Part shown: positions 1-9,417 of the stretch, piece after piece | How the letters are laid out: each line of letters starts with the position of its first letter | Numbering within the stretch: position 1 is the stretch's first letter | NCBI GenBank assembly: GCA_965250285.1 | Contig: OZ252299.1 | Location: 2,304,001 to 2,368,000, forward strand | Source: Myxococcota bacterium | GTDB lineage: Bacteria > Myxococcota_A > UBA9160 > UBA4427 | Length of the DNA: 64,000 bases | Direction: 5' to 3' | The notes under the pieces: model-generated | Told to the model about the DNA's origin: nothing | Database searches by the model: none | What the model saw: only the letters and a program-made list of their open reading frames with translations | Program-made: the position numbers and the translations under genes

Positions 1-450
1 GGCGAAGCCCTCGGCCGCGCCCCAGATCAACATGCAGGTGCTCGCGACATCGTTCAGCAGCTGTTCGAACGGACGAACCTGAATCGCGATCGGCGAGGTC
101 GCGATGTGGAACGTACCGACGAGCGAGAGGGCGACGATGCTCGCCTGCAAGGCCCAGGGCCACCGGCTCCGCGGGTGATAGATCAGCCGGATCCCGGTCG
201 TCATGATGGCGACCGTCCCCACCGAAAAACACGACGCGAAGATCACCGCACTGCGCGTGTCCTCGCTGACGCCGACGATGCCGTAGACGACGACGCGGAT
301 GATCGAGCCCATGCCCGAGACGCAGAGCGCTGCGCCGTACGTGAGCTCGGGGGTCGCGCGGTTGCGGATGCCCGCCGCGACGAGTCGCGCGCCGAGCACG
401 AGCGTCCCGATCAGGCTGATCAGGAACGCCATCATCATGAAGAGCTTCAT
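1..450 (-). CDS. Multi-pass membrane protein, truncated by window edge; paralog of 11715..12479
   Basis: Not in ORF track. Hand translation from ATG at 450 (RBS GAGGGG): MKLFMMMAFLISLIGTLVLGARLVAAGIRNRATPELTYGAAL...IRLIYHPRSRWPWAL...CMLIWGAAEGFA, open to the edge. Shares G.RL....RNR..PEL..G and R.(F/Y).P..RW motifs with 11715..12479. Confidence 0.8.
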   Translation of the reverse strand, partial: MKLFMMMAFLISLIGTLVLGARLVAAGIRNRATPELTYGAALCVSGMGSIIRVVVYGIVGVSEDTRSAVIFASCFSVGTVAIMTTGIRLIYHPRSRWPWALQASIVALSLVGTFHIATSPIAIQVRPFEQLLNDVASTCMLIWGAAEGFA

Positions 451-832
451 GGCCGACCCCTCTTCGGACGATGCGCCTTCGACGGCGGCTCGCCTTCGCC
501 TCGGTCGAGTTCGGCCAGCCGAGCGGCTTTCTGGAGCCGAATCGATCGCGCGCCGGGCCCGGACGCGCCGCGACGAATGGCTGCGGCCGTCGCGGCATGG
601 TGGTGCGGCTCGGCCGCGTCGTCGGCTTCGAACAAGACGGGGCTTGTCCCGATTCCGGGACGCGCGCGCTCAGGCGCCGCAGGATCGACGCTCCGGCCCG
701 CAGACGCGCGGAGGGGGATGGAGACGCGGGCAGCCACGCGACCGTACCGAACGCTCGTTCCTGGCCCGGTGAGCCAACTCGAACGGAATGACACACCGCT
801 GAGCGATCGGTTTCCGCTTCCGTGATCCCGCA

Positions 833-933
833 TGCTAGATTGAACGACTGCGGAAGGATCCCCCCACCCTTCGGCTCGAGTTTCGAACACACTTCGAAGT
901 CGACCGGCATCACAGCAACGAGGGTGGGAGGGA
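833..933 (+). promoter_or_regulatory. Extended -10 promoter and structured 5' leader of the OMP gene
   Basis: TGcTAGATT at 833-841. TCCCCCCACCCT (859-870) pairs with AGGGTGGGAGGGA (921-933) and encloses an inner TTCGAA-cacac-TTCGAA hairpin. Confidence 0.4.
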
Positions 934-973
934 CGCCGAGATCGCGGCCGTCCAGAGCCGCCCGAGGTGCACC

Positions 974-2113
974 ATGCCGAAGCCGATTCGTTTTGCTCTT
1001 TCTCCTGCCCTTCGCATCCACGACTCTTCGACAGCGCAACGCGTCTTAAGCACGGCGCTACTCGTGTGGCTCTGCTCCGTCGGGGTCGCGCTCGCACAAG
1101 ACGCGGCGCAGCCTGCGCCCGCGCCCACGCCCACGCCCGCACCCGCGAGCCAGGGCCCGTCGCTCGTCGAGCTGAAGGCGGCGGCGTACGACGCACAGCA
1201 GGCCGCGGCCGCGGCCGAGCAGGCCGCCGCAGCCGCCCAGGCCCACGCCGCTCAGGCGAAGTCCGCGATCGAGAGCGCGAGCACGCCCGCGCAGCCCGCG
1301 CCCGCGACGACGCCGCCGGTCTCGGCGCCGCCCTCTTCATCGATCATCGCGCAGCCCGGTCCGCCGCCGGCTCCGGTCGCGCCCCCGGCCCCGGCTCCGG
1401 CCCCGCCGCCGACGCCCGCGGCGACGCCGCCGCCCGCGCCCACGCCCGTCGTCGTCACGAAGTCGAGCTCGGCCGCCCCCGCCGAAGACGAGGTCACGCG
1501 CGAAGACCTCGACCGCGCGATGGAGAAGGCCGAGCAGGCGGCCGCGCAGGCCCGCAAGGCGATGGAAGAGCTCGAGGAGTACAAGGAGAAGCACAAGAAG
1601 CGCTTCGCTCGAAACGGCCTCTACCTGTCGGGCGGCGCCTTCTGGGCCCCCGAGCTCTTCGACGTGAACTCGGGGTACGACATCGACCCGTCGGTCGGCC
1701 TGTCGGGCGGCATCGGCTACCGCGTGCATCCGCACTTCTCGATCGACGCGACGTTCGTGTGGGCCGACGGCTTTGCCATCTCGAACCCCGACCTGGGAGC
1801 CGAGTGGGACAAGCTGCAGATGTGGAGCGCGCTCCTCGGCGGTCGCGTCTTCTTCCTCACCGGCAAGATCCAGCCCTACGCCGGCCTCGCGGTCGGCGCA
1901 TCGGGTGGGCGCACGAAGCTGCGCGATCCGTCGGGCGCCGTGCTCAGCGAGTTCAACGAGTACGGCGGCACCATCATGTTCAACGGGGGCTTCGACCTCT
2001 ACCTGTCCGAGAGCATCGCGCTCGGCGCAGACGCCGCGGTCTTCCTGCCGGGCGGGGGGCTGCGCGGGTTCGACTACTCGACGCTCGGCGCGAAGCTGAT
2101 CTACCGCTTCTAG
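974..2113 (+). CDS. Outer-membrane beta-barrel (OmpA-like/porin family) protein with Pro/Ala-rich and coiled-coil N-terminal extension
   Basis: Signal-peptide-like segment ending VALA-QD, long PAPAP tract, then GLYLSGG, GYR, QPYAGL strands and C-terminal LIYRF beta-signal. Confidence 0.8.
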   Translation: MPKPIRFALSPALRIHDSSTAQRVLSTALLVWLCSVGVALAQDAAQPAPAPTPTPAPASQGPSLVELKAAAYDAQQAAAAAEQAAAAAQAHAAQAKSAIESASTPAQPAPATTPPVSAPPSSSIIAQPGPPPAPVAPPAPAPAPPPTPAATPPPAPTPVVVTKSSSAAPAEDEVTREDLDRAMEKAEQAAAQARKAMEELEEYKEKHKKRFARNGLYLSGGAFWAPELFDVNSGYDIDPSVGLSGGIGYRVHPHFSIDATFVWADGFAISNPDLGAEWDKLQMWSALLGGRVFFLTGKIQPYAGLAVGASGGRTKLRDPSGAVLSEFNEYGGTIMFNGGFDLYLSESIALGADAAVFLPGGGLRGFDYSTLGAKLIYRF

Positions 2114-2130
2114 CCCGGCCCATCGAACGT

Positions 2131-2169
2131 CGAAGCCGCCGTCCGGCCCCGAGCCGGTCGGCGGCTTCG
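2131..2169 (+). terminator. GC-rich hairpin after OMP gene
   Basis: CGAAGCCGCCG...CGGCGGCTTCG 11-bp perfect stem; no clear U-tract. Confidence 0.5.
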
Positions 2170-2259
2170 TGCATTCGGGCTCGCGAACGTCGACGAGCGT
2201 CGCTTCCAGGCCGTGGATGGACGCTGCGACGCAAGGGGCGCGCGCTACGCTCGCGCGCC

Positions 2260-3063
2260 ATGGAGCAGGAGCCCCTCGAACTCGCGCGCATCTTCGACCT
2301 CGAGCCGCATGGCCCGGATACCTTCGTCGGCGAGAGCCCCCACTACGAATGGGGTCGCATCTACGGCGGCCTCGTGGTCGCCCAGGCGCTCTGGGCCGCG
2401 ACGCAGACGGTCGATCCCCGCTTCTCGGTCCACTCGCTGCACGCCTACTTCATCCTCGGCGGCGAGCTCGGTGAGCCGGTGCGCTACGAGGTCGATCGGG
2501 TGCGCAACGGGCGCTCGTTCACGACGCGGCGGGTGAGCGCGCGCCAGAGCGGCGGCGCGATCCTGACGCTCGGCTGCTCGTTCCAGGTCGCCGAAGACGG
2601 CCCCGAGACGCAGCCGAACGAGTTTCCGGCCGACGTGCCGGCGCCCGAAGACCTGAAGCAGGACTGGGACGCCGGCCTCGTCCGAGCCCAGGTCGACACG
2701 CCCGACGCCCCGCCGCGCTCACGCATCTGGACCAAGTTCGCGCACCCGCTCGACGACGACCCGCGTCTGCTGGCCTGCGCCCTCGCCTATCTCACCGACA
2801 TGAACGCCGTCGGCGCGGTCTACGCTTCGCACCCCGAGGCGAAACACGACGACGAGGGCTTCATGGGCGCGAGCCTCGATCACGCGGTCTGGTTTCACCG
2901 GCCGATTCGTGCGGACGACTGGGTGCTCGTCGACATGCTCGGCCATGGCATGCTGCGCACGCGGGGCCTCGCGACGGGGATGCTCTTCGATCGTCACGGG
3001 ACTCAGGCGGCGACGGTGGCGCAGGAGGCGCTGCTGCGCGGGCCGAAGCGCAAGGCTGGCTAG
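2260..3063 (+). CDS. tesB: Acyl-CoA thioesterase II
   Basis: RIYGGLVVAQAL, VHSLHAYF, RNGRSFTTRRV, ASLDHAVWFHRP, QEALLR motifs. Start set at MEQEPLE. Confidence 0.92.
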   Translation: MEQEPLELARIFDLEPHGPDTFVGESPHYEWGRIYGGLVVAQALWAATQTVDPRFSVHSLHAYFILGGELGEPVRYEVDRVRNGRSFTTRRVSARQSGGAILTLGCSFQVAEDGPETQPNEFPADVPAPEDLKQDWDAGLVRAQVDTPDAPPRSRIWTKFAHPLDDDPRLLACALAYLTDMNAVGAVYASHPEAKHDDEGFMGASLDHAVWFHRPIRADDWVLVDMLGHGMLRTRGLATGMLFDRHGTQAATVAQEALLRGPKRKAG

Positions 3064-3377
3064 GGAACCTTTGCACGGTCCGCTGTGCCAGGGCCGGGGC
3101 AGGCGGGGGTACCGTGCTCAGACATTCTCGGCGCGACCCGCCTGGGAAGCTCGGATGTGGCGCACGTCGCGCCTGCGAACTGCGCGCGGTACCCCCGCCT
3201 GCCCCGGCCTCGGGACGCTTTGGTCAGAGCGCAGCACTCTCGGCCGGGAAGCGCTCGCGATGCGTCCCCTTGCCCTTCCGGTTCCAAGTCTCAGCCGCGA
3301 ACGTTGTCTGATCAGCCATCGACTTCACCTCCCAGCGCTCTTCTGGCATCGGGGGGGGCGAGCTCTGCAGAGACTCC
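3064..3377 (-). mobile_element. IS5-derived non-autonomous element (MITE), copy 1
   Basis: Imperfect terminal IRs GGAACCTTTGCA / TGCAGAGACTCC, flanks CTAG / CCAG, minus-strand mini-ORF 3224-3319 resembling the IS5 transposase N-terminus. Colinear second copy at 51556-51868. Confidence 0.8.
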
Positions 3378-3411
3378 CCAGCCGCTCTGCAGGCCGCGAC
3401 GCGAAAGTCGC

Positions 3412-4602
3412 TCAGTAGCGATCGGAGCCCCAGGTGAACGGGGTGCCGGTCGGGAAGAGCGCGTCGAGCAGCTCGAGGTCGGCTGGCACAGCCGGCGCCG
3501 CGTGTTCGACGAGCGCCGACGTCACCGAGCGAAAGCCGAAGCACCACTGCAGCAGCACCGACGCGGGCACGGCGAGCTGCACGTCGCGTCGCGCACCCGA
3601 GCCGACCCCGTCGAGGGCCAACGTCTCGTCGAAGCCCGAGCCGCCAAAGGCGAGCGCCAGCGGCGGCAGCGCGAGCTCCTTCGAACGCGCATCGAGGCCG
3701 GGCCGCACCGCCGCGACGAAGCTCGCCGGGTCGAGCACCATGCCCATGCAGCCCGAGCGCTTCGGCACCCGCGTCCTCAGCTCGATGCCATAGCGCCGGG
3801 CCACGTCGCAGAAGGGGTGATCGGGCGGAATGCGGCCCCAGATGCGCGCATGCCCGGCGGCTCGCGCGAGTGCGCTCAGCTTGCGCGCGGCAAGGTCGTA
3901 GAAGGCCGGGTCGCGGGCGCCGACCTCCTTCAGCTCGAGCTCGTTCTCGGTCTCGATCACGCCGATGTAGCCGTCGTCGGTGATCCAGTGCGTATCGGGC
4001 TTGCGCACCATCCACGGCCAGTACTCGGGCGTGCGCACGAAGGTGCCGCTGCGCCCGGCATTCGTCTCGTTGTAGACATCGAGCACGAAGGCGACGTCGT
4101 CTTCGCTCTCGAGCAGCCGAAAGGGGTCGTCGGCAGCGGGCAGCGGTGGCACCGCCCGCGCGTCGAGGTCGATGCGGTACTCGGGCGCGATGGGGACACC
4201 CCCGAGCTTGACGTAGAGCCCCCCGCGCTGCGCGAAGCCCATCACCATCGTGAAGCCCTCGGCGACGACGTCACCGATGGCCTGGCGCGCGATCAGCGCC
4301 GGATAGCCCTTGAAGTTCTCGTCGGGTGAAGCGACGACCCCCTGGATGCCGGCGACGCGCAGCACGTTGCCCGCCACCCGCACCGAGAAGTCGAGGATCT
4401 GCCACTTCGCGGCGAGCCGGTCACCGTCGAAGGCGCCCCAGCACAGCGACGGCGGCATGTAGGGGCACGTGCGGTAGGCCGCGTCGAGCAGCTTGGTCAT
4501 GCCCGCGCGTTCGTCTTCGGTGCTCGCGAAGATGCCGGCCGTCATGGCCGCCGCGGCGGGCACGTCGTCTTCACCGAGTCTACGTACGTGAATGTCGGGC
4601 AT
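3412..4602 (-). CDS. GNAT acetyltransferase, Eis-like architecture
   Basis: VAGIQGVVASPDENFKGY acetyl-CoA motif, LYVKLG, tandem GNAT-sized protein of about 396 aa. Confidence 0.75.
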   Translation of the reverse strand: MPDIHVRRLGEDDVPAAAAMTAGIFASTEDERAGMTKLLDAAYRTCPYMPPSLCWGAFDGDRLAAKWQILDFSVRVAGNVLRVAGIQGVVASPDENFKGYPALIARQAIGDVVAEGFTMVMGFAQRGGLYVKLGGVPIAPEYRIDLDARAVPPLPAADDPFRLLESEDDVAFVLDVYNETNAGRSGTFVRTPEYWPWMVRKPDTHWITDDGYIGVIETENELELKEVGARDPAFYDLAARKLSALARAAGHARIWGRIPPDHPFCDVARRYGIELRTRVPKRSGCMGMVLDPASFVAAVRPGLDARSKELALPPLALAFGGSGFDETLALDGVGSGARRDVQLAVPASVLLQWCFGFRSVTSALVEHAAPAVPADLELLDALFPTGTPFTWGSDRY

Positions 4603-4796
4603 GAGCTCGCAGGGGCTTCGCGGCCGCACGACCCGTGGAGATCGACGCAGACCGGATTCGAGGGCGGACGCAACCGGAACGCCGGGTATCCTAGCCGAGT
4701 CTCGGAGCGGGGCCGGGACGCTCGCCGCCCGACCGGGCTCGCCCCTTGCGCGATGCGAAGCCGGGACGACGCACCGACCCACCGCACGGAGCCCAC

Positions 4797-6035
4797 TTGG
4801 CCGCCCAGCGAGACGACGCCCGACGAACCGACCGACCGAAGCGCGTCCTGCTGATCCTGCCCGACCTGCGCGGCGGGGGCGCCGAGCGCACCAGCCTCAA
4901 CGTGCGGCGCGCGCTCGAGGGCAGCGCCCTCGACGTCGAGATCGTGCTGATGGACGCGCGCGGCGAGTACCTCGATGCGCCCGAGCACCGCGACTACATG
5001 CTGCCGCCCGGTGCGTGGCTGCGCGCGCTCGCGCGCCGCTGCCCCCTCGACAGTCCCCAGCGCGCCCTGCTGCAGGTGCCGCAGATGATGCGGCTGTTGT
5101 GGGCCGAGCGACCCGACGTCGTCATGACGAGCATGGCCGACATCAGCATCCCGATGCGCGTCGCGCTCGCCCTGCTGCCGCGCCGGGTGCGGCCGTTCTG
5201 GATCGTGCGCGACGGCAACAACGCCAAGGTGGTGCTCGAAGAGGCGTATCCCCAGCCGACACTCCTGCGTGTGATCGAAGCGCTGTTTCGCTGGACCTAC
5301 CGGTCGGCCGACGTCGTGCTCGTGCCGTCGCGGGGCGTGGGCGATTGCCTCGTGCGCGACTACCAGATCGCCGAAGCGTCGATCCAGGTGATCGGCAACC
5401 CGACCGACGTCGCGCGCGTGCGCGAGCGGGCGCGCGAGGCGCCGACGCTTGCGCTGCCAAGTCGCTTCATCGCCGCCGTGGGTCGCCTCGCCGTGCAGAA
5501 AGGCGTCGATCTGCTGATTCGCGCCCTCGCCGAGCTCGACGATCGGGGCGTTTCGCTCGTCGTCTGCGGCGTCGGGCCCGAGCAGGCGGCGCTCGAGCGA
5601 CTCGCAAGCGAGCTCGGGGTGCGCGATCGCGTGGTGTTCGCCGGCTTTCAGGCGAACCCGTGGTCGATCATGGCCCGCGCCGACGCGTTCTGCCTGCCTT
5701 CACGGTGGGAGGGCTTCGGGCACGTCGTCGTCGAAGCGCTGGCGTGCGAAACACCGGTCGTGATCAGCGACTGCGACTTCGGCCCGGGCGAGATCGTGCG
5801 CGATGGGCGAGAGGGTTGGGTCGTTCCGCCCGACGACGCGGCCGCGCTCGCAAAGGCACTCGACGAGCTGCTCGCGCATCCCGAGACCGCGAAGGAGCGG
5901 GTCGAGGCCGGCATCCCGCGCGCCGAGGCGTTCGACATCGAGCCGATCACCGCGGCGTACGCGCGGCTCTTCGACCGCGGCGTGGCGTACGACCGAGCGT
6001 CGGGCGACGCGCCGAATCCACTCGACCCGCTCTGA
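4797..6035 (+). CDS. Glycosyltransferase family 4 (GT-B)
   Basis: LRGGGAER, VGRLAVQKG, PSRWEGFGHVVVEALACETPV. Start uncertain (TTG 4797 after GGAG). Confidence 0.9.
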   Translation: MAAQRDDARRTDRPKRVLLILPDLRGGGAERTSLNVRRALEGSALDVEIVLMDARGEYLDAPEHRDYMLPPGAWLRALARRCPLDSPQRALLQVPQMMRLLWAERPDVVMTSMADISIPMRVALALLPRRVRPFWIVRDGNNAKVVLEEAYPQPTLLRVIEALFRWTYRSADVVLVPSRGVGDCLVRDYQIAEASIQVIGNPTDVARVRERAREAPTLALPSRFIAAVGRLAVQKGVDLLIRALAELDDRGVSLVVCGVGPEQAALERLASELGVRDRVVFAGFQANPWSIMARADAFCLPSRWEGFGHVVVEALACETPVVISDCDFGPGEIVRDGREGWVVPPDDAAALAKALDELLAHPETAKERVEAGIPRAEAFDIEPITAAYARLFDRGVAYDRASGDAPNPLDPL

Positions 6036-6063
6036 GCGCATCGTTCGGAAGACCGCGAAACGA

Positions 6064-6100
6064 GAACGCCCCTCCCGCCTCGAGGGCCGGAGGGGCGTTC
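6064..6100. terminator. Hairpin between convergent genes
   Basis: GAACGCCCCTCC...GGAGGGGCGTTC 12-bp perfect stem. Confidence 0.7.
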
Positions 6101-6141
6101 GTGATTCGATGGATCCAAGACGGATCCGCAAGTTCGCTCAG

Positions 6142-6717
6142 CTAGAAGGTGAACTTGCCGCCGAGCGTGTAGACGCCAGTCGCACCGCCGACGCCGCCCG
6201 TCTTGAAGCCAGGCGTCGCGTTGAGGCTGGCGTCGGTGTAGAGCCCCAGGTGGTCCGTGAGCATCCAGTCGAGGCCTACTCCGAGGCGGTAGATGAACGT
6301 GCCGGTCGACGGGCCGTTCTTCACGCCGCCACCGCCGCCACCCATGCCGGTCACGATGTAGGGTTGGAACGACTGCAGCGTCTTCGGCGAGAACAGTCCG
6401 ATCGGATACAGCTTGCCGTTGAAAGTCAGGCCCCACTGTCGCGACTTGAACGGGCCCTGGTCGCGCCCGCCCCAGTACAGGTCGACGTCGGCGCCGAGCC
6501 AGTGGATGAAGCGATAGCCCCCACCGATGTTGAAGCCGACGTTCGCATCGCCGCCCCCGAAGTTCGTCTTCGCGACGGCCAGACCGCCATAGGCGTACAG
6601 GCCCTTGGCGGCTTCGTACTTCGTCCCTGCGGCCTTGTTCTTGTCCTGTGCCTGCGCGCCGGCCAGCGGCAGCGCGATCAGCAGCGCCACCACGGCGCCC
6701 ATGATGATCGATCGCAT
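6142..6717 (-). CDS. Small outer-membrane beta-barrel (OmpA-like transmembrane/porin family)
   Basis: Signal peptide ending AQA, GLYAYGG, GGGYRF, QPYIVTGMG, C-terminal GKFTF. Confidence 0.85.
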   Translation of the reverse strand: MRSIIMGAVVALLIALPLAGAQAQDKNKAAGTKYEAAKGLYAYGGLAVAKTNFGGGDANVGFNIGGGYRFIHWLGADVDLYWGGRDQGPFKSRQWGLTFNGKLYPIGLFSPKTLQSFQPYIVTGMGGGGGGVKNGPSTGTFIYRLGVGLDWMLTDHLGLYTDASLNATPGFKTGGVGGATGVYTLGGKFTF

Positions 6718-7066
6718 CGTCGATCCCCCCGAGATTGGAGTTGTCAGTACCCGTTCACCCAGGTGAGGCCGACTGAAGAAGCCCCGCGCCGAGTGGCGTC
6801 GTCCCCACATGCGCCGCATCCGACTCGCTGGACGCCCTGAGGGACCGCGCGAATTCTGACGGAGAACGAACCTCGACGCTACGAAACGAAGCGTCTTTTC
6901 GTCACATCGCCAGTTCCAAAACATCGTTCGAGTTCACACAGTCAGCGAATTCGTGGGCCGAGTCGCCCACCTTGGTCGCGCGGCGAGGGAGGGAATCCCT
7001 ACGAATCAGCCAGGCACGATCTCCAACCGATTCGGCTCGCGGGTCGGCCGCGCCGCGACGCCGGCG

Positions 7067-7678
7067 CTAGAAGCGAAACTTGAACCCGACCTGGCCGAGG
7101 CCCGTGAGCCCGCCGCCCGACGTGAGCCAATCCTTCGTGCCCGGCGTCACCAGCATGCTGCCCTCGCCGTAGAGGCCGAACGCGTCGGCCATCCACCAGT
7201 CGACGCCCGCCCCGAGACGAAACACGAACGTGCTCTGCTGCGGACCGTTGCCTCCGCCCGGCCCGGCCGACTCGGTGCGACCCCCGCCGAGCCCGGTGAC
7301 GACGTAGGGCTGCAGCGCATCGAGCGCGTCCGACCCGAAGAGCGCCACGGGATAGATCTTGCCATTCAGCGTCAGCGCGAACTGCTTCGCCTCGCCGCTC
7401 CCCTGGCTGCGCTTCGCCCAGAAGAACTCGACGTCGGCGGCCAGCCAGCTCGAGAAGCGATAGCCCTGGGCGACCGTGAAGCCGAGCAGCGGATCGATCT
7501 GGATCGTCGCCGTGTCGAAGTTCGTCTGCGACGCCGCGAACCCGCCCTGGACATAGGCACCCTTCGCCGCCTCGTACCGCGAGCTCGGCGCGGTTGCACT
7601 CGGCTCCTGGGCGCCTGCGGTCGCGGCGCCCCAACCGACGAGCAGCGCCAAGAAGACCGACGTTCCCCGATGATGCAT
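7067..7678 (-). CDS. Small outer-membrane beta-barrel, tandem paralog of 6142..6717
   Basis: YEAAKGAYVQGG, GYRFSSWLAADV, LNGKIYPVALF, QPYVVTGLGGG, C-terminal GFKFRF. Confidence 0.85.
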   Translation of the reverse strand: MHHRGTSVFLALLVGWGAATAGAQEPSATAPSSRYEAAKGAYVQGGFAASQTNFDTATIQIDPLLGFTVAQGYRFSSWLAADVEFFWAKRSQGSGEAKQFALTLNGKIYPVALFGSDALDALQPYVVTGLGGGRTESAGPGGGNGPQQSTFVFRLGAGVDWWMADAFGLYGEGSMLVTPGTKDWLTSGGGLTGLGQVGFKFRF

Positions 7679-7942
7679 GCCCTCTCCCCCTCCGGCCCAG
7701 GCCGCTTGCGCGTAGGCTGCGCCAGGCACCGTGGCCCCGCCAGCAGCGTGCGGCGAAGCTTCCTCAACCGGGTAGGCAAAGCCGGCGCCCGGCTCGAGCC
7801 GACCGCGTGGGCACGTTGCGTCGCCCCCGATCCTGAGGGACATTGCCTCGATACGAGACGCAGCGTCTCCTATCTCTCACAGCCGTTTCGCCTCGCCTTC
7901 GCCGGCCTCGTTCGGACGAGGCGGCCCTGCCGAAAGACCCCC

Positions 7943-8926
7943 ATGTCCCAGAGCAAGAAGGAAGCCCTCGAAGCCGAGCTGCGAAGCTTCGTCGGCAAGC
8001 CGATCGCGCCGAAGGCGCCCGGCCGCGACCCCGTCAATGCCCCGATGATCCGCCAGTGGTGCGACGCCATGGGCGAGGCGCACCCCGCTTATCTCTCCGA
8101 CGAGACCGCGGCGGGCACCGTGCACGGCGAGATCGTCGCGCCGCCCACGATGCTCCAGGCCTGGGTGATGGAGGGCTGGGTCATGCACGAAGGCTACGAC
8201 GTGCCCCGCAACGAGCAGCATCGCCTGCACAAGGTGCTGACCGACGCCGGCTACACGGGCGTGCTCGGGACGAATACCGAGGAGCACTACGAGCGCTACC
8301 TGAAGGTCGGCGACGAGGTGCACGCGCAGACCTTCATCGAAGAGATCAGCGACGAGAAGGCGACCGGCGCGGGCATCGGATACTTCATCACGACCCGCAC
8401 CGTGTTCGAGGACCAGCACGGCGAGCCGCTCGGCTGGATGACCTTTCGCGTGCTCAAGTTCAAGCCCGCGCAGGCGCAGGCCGCTGCGAGCGACGACGCG
8501 GGGGCCGACGCGATGCCGGCCAAGCCGTCGCGCATCAAGCCGCCGATGGCGCACGACAATGGCTGGTGGTGGGAGCGCGTCGCCGAAGACGGCGTGCTGC
8601 CGATCCAGCGCTGCAGCGACTGCGGCAAGCTGCGCCATCCGCCCCGGCCGATGTGCGACGCCTGCGGCAGCCTGGCGTACGACTCGATCGATGCCAGCGG
8701 CAAGGGCACCGTGCACACGTTCACGATCATGCACTCGCCGCAGATCCCCGGCTACGAGTACCCGCTCGTCGGCGCCCTGATCGATCTCGAAGAGGGAGAG
8801 CGCATCGCCTCGAACGTGATCGAGTGCGCCCCCGAAGACGTCTCGATCGGCATGCCCGTCGAGGTGGTGATTCACGAGGACGAGGACGGCTTCAAGCTGC
8901 CCATGTTCCGGCCGGCCGCGAAGTAG
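7943..8926 (+). CDS. chsH2: MaoC-N hydratase subunit fused to DUF35 (Zn-ribbon/OB fold), ChsH2-like
   Basis: DPVNAPMIRQWCDAMG, APPTMLQAW, then QRCSDCGKLRHPPRPMCDAC and OB-fold; directly upstream of MaoC and Ltp2 genes. Confidence 0.85.
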   Translation: MSQSKKEALEAELRSFVGKPIAPKAPGRDPVNAPMIRQWCDAMGEAHPAYLSDETAAGTVHGEIVAPPTMLQAWVMEGWVMHEGYDVPRNEQHRLHKVLTDAGYTGVLGTNTEEHYERYLKVGDEVHAQTFIEEISDEKATGAGIGYFITTRTVFEDQHGEPLGWMTFRVLKFKPAQAQAAASDDAGADAMPAKPSRIKPPMAHDNGWWWERVAEDGVLPIQRCSDCGKLRHPPRPMCDACGSLAYDSIDASGKGTVHTFTIMHSPQIPGYEYPLVGALIDLEEGERIASNVIECAPEDVSIGMPVEVVIHEDEDGFKLPMFRPAAK

Positions 8927-8936
8927 GAGCCCCTGC

Positions 8937-9347
8937 ATGACCGAGACGTTGAACTCGAATCAGGTCGAAGAAGGCCTCGCCCTCCCCGACCTCGACATCC
9001 CCGTCACGTCGACGCTCGTCGTCGGCGGCGCGATGGCCTCGCGCGACTACACGCCTGTGCATCACGACGCCGGCGAGGCGCGCAAGCAGGGCCTGCCCGA
9101 CGTGATCATGAACATCCTCACGACCCAGGGGCTCTGCTCGCGCTACGTCACCGACTGGGCCGGCCCGAACGCCATCGTGAAGAGCGTCAAGACCAAGCTC
9201 GGCGGCCCGAACATGCCCGGCGACACGCTCAAGCTGCGCGGCAAGATCGTCCGCGCCGAGGGGCCCGAGGTCGACATCGAGATCGAGGGCAACAACAGCT
9301 GGGGCAATCACGTGACCGCCACCTTCACGGTCGAGCTGCCCGCCTGA
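8937..9347 (+). CDS. chsH1: MaoC-family hydratase subunit, ChsH1-like
   Basis: GAMASRDYTPVHHD, DVIMNILT, YVTDWAGP. Confidence 0.85.
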   Translation: MTETLNSNQVEEGLALPDLDIPVTSTLVVGGAMASRDYTPVHHDAGEARKQGLPDVIMNILTTQGLCSRYVTDWAGPNAIVKSVKTKLGGPNMPGDTLKLRGKIVRAEGPEVDIEIEGNNSWGNHVTATFTVELPA

Positions 9348-9417
9348 GCGGCGGGGCGCCGCGCGTCGAGACGCGACACGAACAGAACCAAGCAGAGAAA
9401 CGAGAGAAGAAGCGAAG

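Noticed and set aside
1110..1485. Low-complexity repeats as a DNA repeat element
   Set aside because: They encode the Pro/Ala linker of the OMP.
967..2259. Long N-terminal extensions in the ORF track (tesB, chsH2, 7-TM, PPOX, kinase and others)
   Set aside because: Arg/Ala/Pro-rich off-frame reads of neighbours or intergenic DNA; downstream starts fit RBS and family length.
3064..3377. Autonomous IS element
   Set aside because: No DDE domain; only 31 codons of transposase-like sequence remain.
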